This document shows, piece by piece, positions 56,962-64,000 of a stretch of 64,000 nucleotides of DNA. Every line of letters starts with the position of its first letter. Position 1 is the stretch's first letter. The stretch is taken from positions 496,001 through 560,000 of the forward strand of contig JANHCV010000006.1 of the NCBI GenBank assembly GCA_025594325.1, in the 5' to 3' direction. This DNA is from Blastocladiella emersonii ATCC 22665 (lineage: Eukaryota > Fungi > Blastocladiomycota). The position numbers and the translations under genes are program-made. The notes beneath the pieces were generated by a model, which did no database searches, was not told where the DNA came from, and saw nothing but the letters and a program-made list of their open reading frames with translations.

Positions 56962-57615
56962 ATGGACACACACACCCTGACGACCCTCGCGTCCGACGCG
57001 GCGCACGCGCTTTCCTCCTTCGCGACCGAGAACGCCGTGGCGCTGAGCACCGTGACCGCGCTCGCCGTCGGCGCGACGGTCCTCGTCCGAACCCTGACCG
57101 CGCACGAGGCGCGCAAGGCGCGCGTCAAGTACATGCGGTACCTGCTGCGCGGGTTCCACGCGCGCATCAAGATGGCGGCCATGGACGCGGCCAAGCTGGA
57201 GCAGGGCGAGATTGTTCCCGTGCTCGCCGAGGCTGCGCTCGCGCCGGCTACGATGGCGGGGAAGGATGCCGAGAAGCTGGTCCGCCGGCTCCGGTTCGTC
57301 GAGGAGACGGTGCAGCGGCAGCTCGAGGCGCTCGACAACATCAAGCCGAACGCGATGCTGATCGAGTTCACGGTGCGGTACCCGCTGCCGGCCGAGGCGA
57401 CCGAAATCCCCGAAAACGACGACCGGTTGCCGCACGACGTGCTGTTCGACGCGATCCTCGCCCTGTTCACCGAAAAGGAGCGCGCGGGGCTCGCCGCCCA
57501 CTTTGACGAGGTCAAGGCCGCACGCAAGGCTGTCGTCACGGACCTGCTCGGCGCCATGGAGCGTATCGACGAGGCCGTCGACCAGGTCAAGGCCCGCGTC
57601 GTGCCCGAGGAGTAA
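56962..57615 (+). CDS. BAG-domain Hsp70 co-chaperone with N-terminal membrane anchor
   Basis: TM AVALSTVTALAVGATVLV; BAG-like RFVEETVQRQLEALDNI...RKAVVTDLLGAMERID. Confidence 0.7.
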   Translation: MDTHTLTTLASDAAHALSSFATENAVALSTVTALAVGATVLVRTLTAHEARKARVKYMRYLLRGFHARIKMAAMDAAKLEQGEIVPVLAEAALAPATMAGKDAEKLVRRLRFVEETVQRQLEALDNIKPNAMLIEFTVRYPLPAEATEIPENDDRLPHDVLFDAILALFTEKERAGLAAHFDEVKAARKAVVTDLLGAMERIDEAVDQVKARVVPEE

Positions 57616-57808
57616 GCCCCTCCCCCGCAACCTGTAATATAGACTCTCGACTAGCGCACACACACGACGTGGGATTGAATGATGAAGGAGCAGAGCCGTC
57701 TATGATGAGAGAGTGGGATATCTAAGGAGTGACAATGATTGATGATGATGATGAAGCTGCTGACGCGGAGGAGTAGTCAAGTAGTACACCACTAGTAGCG
57801 CGTGTTGT

Positions 57809-59638
57809 TTACATGGACGCAACAACCGCAACCGGCACCGCCGCGACCATCGCGGGACTCGCCTCGCGGCTCTCGCTGAGACTCCGGACAAGCTGGACGG
57901 CCTCGGGCGACTTGGCGAGCGAGTTGACGGGCCGGGACGCCGCGGCCACGGCCTCCTCACCCACAACCGCGACCCCGTTCTCGCCCAGCACGGCGGCCGC
58001 CGCCGCACACTTGGCGCCGAGCTTGCCCTGGTGGCGGCGCAGCGCGTCCTGCCGCGCAAACTGCTCGCCGCAGCAGCACACGTACGGCTTCTCGCCCGTG
58101 TGCACGCGCGCGTGCCGCACGCAGTCGGCCTTGCGCCGGAACGTCTTGTCGCACTGCGTGCACGCGTACTGCTTCGGGCCCGTCGTCGACACGAGCGCGT
58201 CCGGGTCGTCGTTGCCCGCCGGGGTCGGGTACGGCGCGGCAACGGCCTTGGCGGACGAGGACGGATTCCGGCGACGCGTCGTCGTCGACTTGCCGCCGGG
58301 ACCCGAAGAACCCGGCGCGCGCGGCGCGATCGGCATGGTCGGCGTAGTCGGCGTCGGCGGGAGCGCCAGCGCGGCGCACGCGGCAGCCGACGCGGCAATC
58401 GCCTGGAACCGGAACGACGACGTGGTCGGGTCGGGCGAGGTGTTGCCGCTGGCGCCGATGGCCGGCGACGGGAGGCTCAGGGCCACGTTCGCGGCGGCGG
58501 TCGCGGCCAGGTTGAGCGGGGCCGGGACGTGGTGGTGATGCGGGATGGGGGCGGGCTGGTGGTGGTAGTTCTGAGACTCGGCCTCGACGGCGGCCGCGCG
58601 ACGCGCGGTGCCCGGAGTCGGGATCGGCGTCACGGGCGGCGACGGCGGGGACTCGAACTCGCCCGCCGCGGCCGAGTATGGGTACGTGTACGTCTGCTGC
58701 TCATGCTGGCGCTTGTACATGGCCCAAAAGGCCTCGTCGGGCGACTGCTGCTGCTGCTCCTGCGACGCCGTGGTGCTCGCCGAGGCCGTGGTCGGGAGCA
58801 TGGCCTGGAGGTGCTGGGCGATCGGATCCACGGCGACCGAGTGCTGCGCGAACTCGTTGCCGTTGCACGGCGCGAGGAACGAGGCCATGTACACGTCGCC
58901 GCCGGCGGGCGCGGGCATCGGCGCGAGCGCCTGCATGTGGAGGGCCTGGCGCACGGCGTCGGCGTCGACGGGCGCGGGCAGGAACCGCGTGGCGGGCGAT
59001 GTGGGCGCCGAGGGCACCGGCGTGTCCATGGCGAACAGGCCGAGGTCGAGCGGCGACGAGAGCGGCGAGCACGTCACCGTCACGGCGGCAGAGGCGGCAG
59101 AGGTGGAGGAGGGGTTGAGCACGGCCGAAGTCGCGGCCATGTAGTCGAACCACGCGTCAATGTCGACCTCGGACGTCGACATGGGCAGCGTGCTGGCGAG
59201 CGATGAGGCCGCGTCAGCAGCGGTCGCGGGGTCCATGGTGGCGGCGGCGGCGGCGGCCGAGAAGTCGAACGTGTCGAGGTCGAGGTCGAAGATGCTGTCG
59301 ACGGGCGACGACGGGGACAGCGTCATGAGGGCCGGGTCGAGCGTGAGGGGCACGGTCGACGACGACGACGACGACGACGCGGCGGACTCGTACGAGGAGG
59401 TGGAGAAGGTCTGAACGAGGGAGCGCCGTCGCTGGTTAATACACGCTGATCGAATCCCTGATATCATCATCATTTCATGCCTGCTCCAGGTGGGCCAGGT
59501 GGGCCCACGAACGTGTGCTCGGCCGCAGCAGCCGAGGGAGCAGCGCGGCCACGCTGGCCACCACCACGCGGGCCCGGAATCCTTCTGGAGCGCTCGACGC
59601 AGGAGAGGAGAGCGTACCATGATGCTGGCAAAGTCCAT
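57809..59638 (-). CDS. C2H2 zinc-finger transcription factor (two C-terminal fingers), probable 207-bp intron 59411-59617
   Basis: YACTQCDKTFRRKADCVRHARVHTGEKPYVCCCGEQFARQDALRRH. Exon 1 MDFASIM|GTACGC joins TTCAG|TFST in frame. Confidence 0.85.
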   Translation of the reverse strand: MDFASIMVRSPLLRRALQKDSGPAWWWPAWPRCSLGCCGRAHVRGPTWPTWSRHEMMMISGIRSACINQRRRSLVQTFSTSSYESAASSSSSSSTVPLTLDPALMTLSPSSPVDSIFDLDLDTFDFSAAAAAATMDPATAADAASSLASTLPMSTSEVDIDAWFDYMAATSAVLNPSSTSAASAAVTVTCSPLSSPLDLGLFAMDTPVPSAPTSPATRFLPAPVDADAVRQALHMQALAPMPAPAGGDVYMASFLAPCNGNEFAQHSVAVDPIAQHLQAMLPTTASASTTASQEQQQQSPDEAFWAMYKRQHEQQTYTYPYSAAAGEFESPPSPPVTPIPTPGTARRAAAVEAESQNYHHQPAPIPHHHHVPAPLNLAATAAANVALSLPSPAIGASGNTSPDPTTSSFRFQAIAASAAACAALALPPTPTTPTMPIAPRAPGSSGPGGKSTTTRRRNPSSSAKAVAAPYPTPAGNDDPDALVSTTGPKQYACTQCDKTFRRKADCVRHARVHTGEKPYVCCCGEQFARQDALRRHQGKLGAKCAAAAAVLGENGVAVVGEEAVAAASRPVNSLAKSPEAVQLVRSLSESREASPAMVAAVPVAVVASM

Positions 59639-62111
59639 GTTGACGTGTGAAGGTGTTGAAGAACGGGTGGAGGAGGAGTGAGCGAGGGTGACTGTGGAAG
59701 AGCGCGCGGAGAGCGAGTCAGTCGAGGTCCGAGGACACCTTGTTGGAGGCCTGCTGCTGCTGCTGCTGCTGCCTCGCAATCGAGCATGCGGGTGTGCGAG
59801 TGCGAGCGAGCGGGATGATGCCCGCGGCCTGCCGGTGCGGCTGCGGGTGGGAACAAAGACGCGTCGAGGCTTGCCGACCGACCCCTGCCACGTCAAAGCA
59901 CGCGCGACCGCGACTCGACGCGGGGCAGGGCAATGTGACCGGGGTTCCCACGGCTGCCGACCACGACCGCGAACCGTGAACCACGGACCGCGTCGCCCAA
60001 GATAGCGCGCGCACGCACGCGTGGGATCGCGGCTGCGAACAGCGGCAGGTGGGAGGCGCGCCGATCGGGTCGACGCGGCGAGCGTGGGAACCGCGGTGGA
60101 GCTTGCGCACCTTGCCGCAAGCACGGAGGCAGGCGTGGCACAGCACGCGCGTGGGCCCCAGAACCATCGGCGCGCTCGCTCGCTCGCTCGGTTTACGAGG
60201 CAGGCAGGCCCGACTTGCACACGCGGACGCACGGACACAGGTGATGATGCGTACAAGTTGTTGATGGTTTAGAGGACGGGGTGGGCAGACAGGAGAAGGA
60301 GGTCTGCTGCGGATCTATGGGTCTAAGGAGGGTACTGAGGATGAGGGACGATTTTCAGGTGAGGGGGGAGCGAGGACTTTAAGACGTCGCCCGGGGCCCG
60401 CGTGGCCGACCCCGACTGCCCGCTGCGGCTCCGACCACGTTCAGGTCTACCTTGACCCGAGCGGGGGTGGCTAGGCCCATATCGAGTGGCCCCAGGCTCT
60501 TGCCCAGGGTGTTGCGCGTCTGAAACACTTCAATTTCCGACCATGAATGCGGTGCGCCCTTGTTCTCGCTGGTTTGCACTGACCTCCACGCGCGCCTTCA
60601 GCACTTAAGTTTTAGAAGGCCGCCTTACGCGGATGCGAGGCGGCCGGGAGAACTTCTTGTCCCCACCTCCCGGACCTATTATGCCCAGGCAAACCTGGCC
60701 GTGCTGCCAACGGCGCGACGCGTCTCACCCCGCGAGACAAGGCGCGTCCTGAGCTCCGACTTCCGCTCCCCACAGCACTTCCTTGTCAATGAAACCGTCG
60801 CCGTGTTCGGCCGTGGTGGTGACGTCGGTAGTCGCTGGCACGCGTCACGCGTGGAGAGCGCTGAGGGACTTAATTTTATCGGTGAAACATGGCGCGGCCG
60901 CCACGTTTTCTCGCGCGGCGCCGCCGCTGCTCGCTTTCGCTCGAGCTTCTCGCGATGTGGCGCAGCACCTTCACCCCGCGTCCGCGACCCGCGATTAATG
61001 AAGCCCGACAGCAGCTCCGCAGCGGGAGCCGGATCAGGGAAGTCGGCCCCGGTTCAGCTCAACTCAAGTATTACGCTCTCAACTTCCTCGGGCTTGACTG
61101 TTACACCCTCTCTGCACGTTCTCGTCGCGTCGCGGGCTGGTGTGAGCACCGCGTCGCACGATTGCTGGCCGCCATCGTCGTCATCGCGGCCATCGAACTC
61201 GCGCGCGCTCGCGTGTCAGCTGCGGCCGAGTACAGTCTCACCCTCGACAACAAGGGCAGCGATGGATGTCGCAGAGCGACGTGCGGTCCAGTGCTCGCGC
61301 GCCCGCGTTTCAGCCCAGCTCCCTTGTCCTCTCGCACCGCGACGCGGCTCCGCTGCTTGCTCCCTGGACGTGATGAGGAGCACCAGTTTCCTCCTCCGCC
61401 GCCGCCATCCTGGATTCCTCCGCTGGCTTGAGGTGCTGGTCGGGGGAGCCATGGGTGAGCGGGACCGCGACGTCGATCAGGCAAGCCATCACGCTCTCGA
61501 TCACGACGTCGCACGGCCTCTTGCTCCTCGCTCTTCTCGTCCCCGTCCCCGTCCTCGACCGAGAGAATCCTTGCCGCTCACGGCCCATCAACCTCGTTGA
61601 AGGTCCGGCAGCAGCGACGACGTCATCCGCGCTGAACTGACGCGACCCTTGTTCACGCTTACGCCACAGCGTCTGAGGTTCACCTGATCAGGTTTTGACG
61701 CGTCGCGCCGCGCACCCGTCTCCGTCTCTCTTCTCCGCTCCGCTCTCCGCCAATGAAGCGATGGTGCATCGCGTGCCACCAATCAGGACTTGTCAAAGGA
61801 GATCTGATGACCCCGGGCCCGCGTGGGCCCACTAGCGACCACGCTCGCTCACGCGCGACCTCTACGCTCGCGTATCAGGATCAGGTCCGGGATCACGAGG
61901 GGGGCGGAGCGTAACCCTCGCGGGCCCATTGTTCTAGTGGTTCCGCGTTGCCGAGCCGGGGCTCCTCCCCCGCTCGCTCGGCCGCCATGAATGAAAACGC
62001 CCCGCTGAACCGGGGCCACGAATCAAGTCGTCGACACAAAACTGCGAGTGTATGAGAAAGAGTATGTACAGAACCTCGCCACCACCGGCGCCCGAACCGC
62101 GCCCACCGACC

Positions 62112-64000
62112 TCACCGCAACGTGATGAGACTCATCATCTCGGCGTCCTCCTGCGCGCACTGCGCCGCGTACTCCTTACGCTTCGCGCGCACCTCGTCGG
62201 GGAAGTGGGTCTTGAGGAGCCGCGTCATGGCGAGGTCCTCGCCACGCACCAGCATCTCGTCGGCGTTATTGTGCGTGATCCCCGTGTCGGCGCGGCACAG
62301 CGGGCAGTGCAGCGTGGCCTTGGTCGCGGCGCGCGGGTACCGCATCAGGAACACGCGCGCGGGGAGGCTGAGGGCTGTGGGCGGGACGGTCTCGGGGAGC
62401 TCGCGCGGGGTCGGGACCGCGGCCATCATGGTCAGGTGGTGCGCGCACGGGTAGCACATGGCGTGCGAGCACGTCGGGAGGCGGACCGGCGGGTACATGA
62501 GCCCGAAACAGACCGGGCACGCGTACGTGTCGAGCAGCGGCGTGATGTTCTCGAGCGTCAGGTTCAGCTCGCCGAGGAGCACGCGCGTGAAGGCGTGCCC
62601 GCGCGACTGCAGGAACTGCTGCCCGGCGTCGAGCCGCTGCCACGCGTCGCGCGACGGCAGCAGCGTCTTCTTGTCGTGCTTCTTGAGGATCTTGCGCACC
62701 GCCGTGTCGTTGAGCTGCACGAACCGCGACAGACCCAGCATGTTCGTGTTCATCCGCATGAAGTGCGTGAACACGGGCAGACTGCGCTTGTCCTTGAACC
62801 CCGCCGACGGGCCGCGGTGCAGCCACCGGATCACGTTCCACACGGGCGGCTTCTTCTGCGGCGCGGGCGGCGCGACAGTGCCGGGGACCGCGGCGGCGGC
62901 AGCGGGCGACGCGGGCGACTCGGCGCCGAGCTTCGGGATGGCGTGCACCGAGAGGTTATCGTACTGGAACCCGGGCGTCGCGAGCGCCTGGGCGACGGCG
63001 GCCTGGAACCGGACCATGATATCCGTCACCTCCTCGAGCGACCGTGGCTTCTGCGTCACCGTCAGGAACATGTCGGACTCGAGGTACGCCTTGATGATGC
63101 CGCGCCAGATCTTGTGGTCGCGGCACTCGACGCGCGTCAGGTCGCCGACGAGCCGCACCAGCTCGTTGAGGTCGTCGTGGAAGTGCCGCGCAATGTGGTG
63201 CTGCTGGAAGTCCGACACGCTCGTCAGTGCCGTCGACAGGTACGAGAAGAAATCGGCGTCTGACGGCAGCGGCACCGTGCACGTCCCGTCGGGACCCACC
63301 CGGCAGTCCTTGGACGCCAGCAGCGGCTCGCACAGCGCGCGCGTCGAGTCGTCGACTACGATCACCAGCTGCGAGCCGAACGCCTGGCTCGCCGACGGCG
63401 ACGGCGACGGCGACGGGGTGGGGGTATCGGCCGCGGGAGCGGCGGCGGACGACGGAGCCGCCGCCGTTGCGGTGGTGCTCGGCGACGTGGACGTCACGGA
63501 CGGCGCCGACGCGGTCGAGGCGGTCGCGGCGCGGTCCGAGCCCTCCTCGTCGGACGAAATCGCCGAATCGTGCTCGGCGTCAGCGCCCGCCGCTGCCGCC
63601 GCGCCTGGTGACGTGTTGCGCGTCGCCGAGATGACGTAGGACACCTTGCTCAGGCTGACGGTCGAGACGCGGCGGTGCAGGCCGGGCGCGGGCGGGGCGA
63701 GGCGCGACGGGACGGCAGCGGACGCCGTGGGGGTGCCGAGATCGGCCATCGAGGTCGACTCGTAGGTGATGATGGGCGTGAGAACCGGCGCCGCCGGGGC
63801 GGTCTCCTCGTGCGATGGCGCAATCACGGTGTGGGTCGACGACGACGTCGACGCGTGCGAGCCGCGGCGGCGGGCGGCGGCCGAGTCGGCTGCGGCGGCG
63901 TCGGACTCGGAGACGGTGCCCTCGTCGTCGGTGGCCGTCGAGGCGACGAACGAGGAAATGCTCGAAGCGCGCGACGCGCGGCGGCGGTGCGCGGTGCGGT
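62112..64000 (-). CDS. SPX-RING E3 ubiquitin ligase (NLA/Pqr1-type), 5' end outside the window
   Basis: SPX C-terminal motif RFVQLNDTAVRKILKKHDK; RING CPVC..LPTCSHAMCYPC..CPLC; the frame stays open to the window edge. Confidence 0.85.
   Translation of the reverse strand, partial: RTAHRRRASRASSISSFVASTATDDEGTVSESDAAAADSAAARRRGSHASTSSSTHTVIAPSHEETAPAAPVLTPIITYESTSMADLGTPTASAAVPSRLAPPAPGLHRRVSTVSLSKVSYVISATRNTSPGAAAAAGADAEHDSAISSDEEGSDRAATASTASAPSVTSTSPSTTATAAAPSSAAAPAADTPTPSPSPSPSASQAFGSQLVIVVDDSTRALCEPLLASKDCRVGPDGTCTVPLPSDADFFSYLSTALTSVSDFQQHHIARHFHDDLNELVRLVGDLTRVECRDHKIWRGIIKAYLESDMFLTVTQKPRSLEEVTDIMVRFQAAVAQALATPGFQYDNLSVHAIPKLGAESPASPAAAAAVPGTVAPPAPQKKPPVWNVIRWLHRGPSAGFKDKRSLPVFTHFMRMNTNMLGLSRFVQLNDTAVRKILKKHDKKTLLPSRDAWQRLDAGQQFLQSRGHAFTRVLLGELNLTLENITPLLDTYACPVCFGLMYPPVRLPTCSHAMCYPCAHHLTMMAAVPTPRELPETVPPTALSLPARVFLMRYPRAATKATLHCPLCRADTGITHNNADEMLVRGEDLAMTRLLKTHFPDEVRAKRKEYAAQCAQEDAEMMSLITLR

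Overview
GC-rich, intron-containing eukaryotic DNA. Short GT..(CTGAC/CTAAC)..YAG introns and fungal-type genes point to an early-diverging fungus, possibly Blastocladiomycota (inference). About 20 genes are present, including HSF1, a HAD hydrolase, an ADP1-type ABCG, ProRS, VPS8, an INCENP-like protein, SIP5, MCM5, a BAG protein, a C2H2 factor, an SPX-RING ligase and two F-box-like genes. An apparently broken ATM/TEL1-like fragment lies at the left edge. Two lower-GC accessory islands interrupt the genes. Island 1 (10.7-12.3 kb) is a 26-bp minisatellite split by about 1 kb that carries a probable decayed non-LTR reverse transcriptase. Island 2 (18.7-27.2 kb) is a nest of mobile elements with readable ends. 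It holds (i) a Tc1/IS630-type element with 256-bp TIRs and a TA duplication, whose catalytic half is replaced by host-like DNA; (ii) a very small 259-bp TRIM-like LTR element (63-bp TGTTG..CAACA LTRs, GGAAG TSD, PPT) inserted in a Ulp1 pseudogene; (iii) an IS3/IS481-type (IS3EU-like) two-gene DNA transposon inside the TRIM's 3' LTR, with the 5' LTR preserving the empty target; and (iv) a secreted ricin-B lectin gene. All family assignments come from motif recognition by eye; no searches were run.
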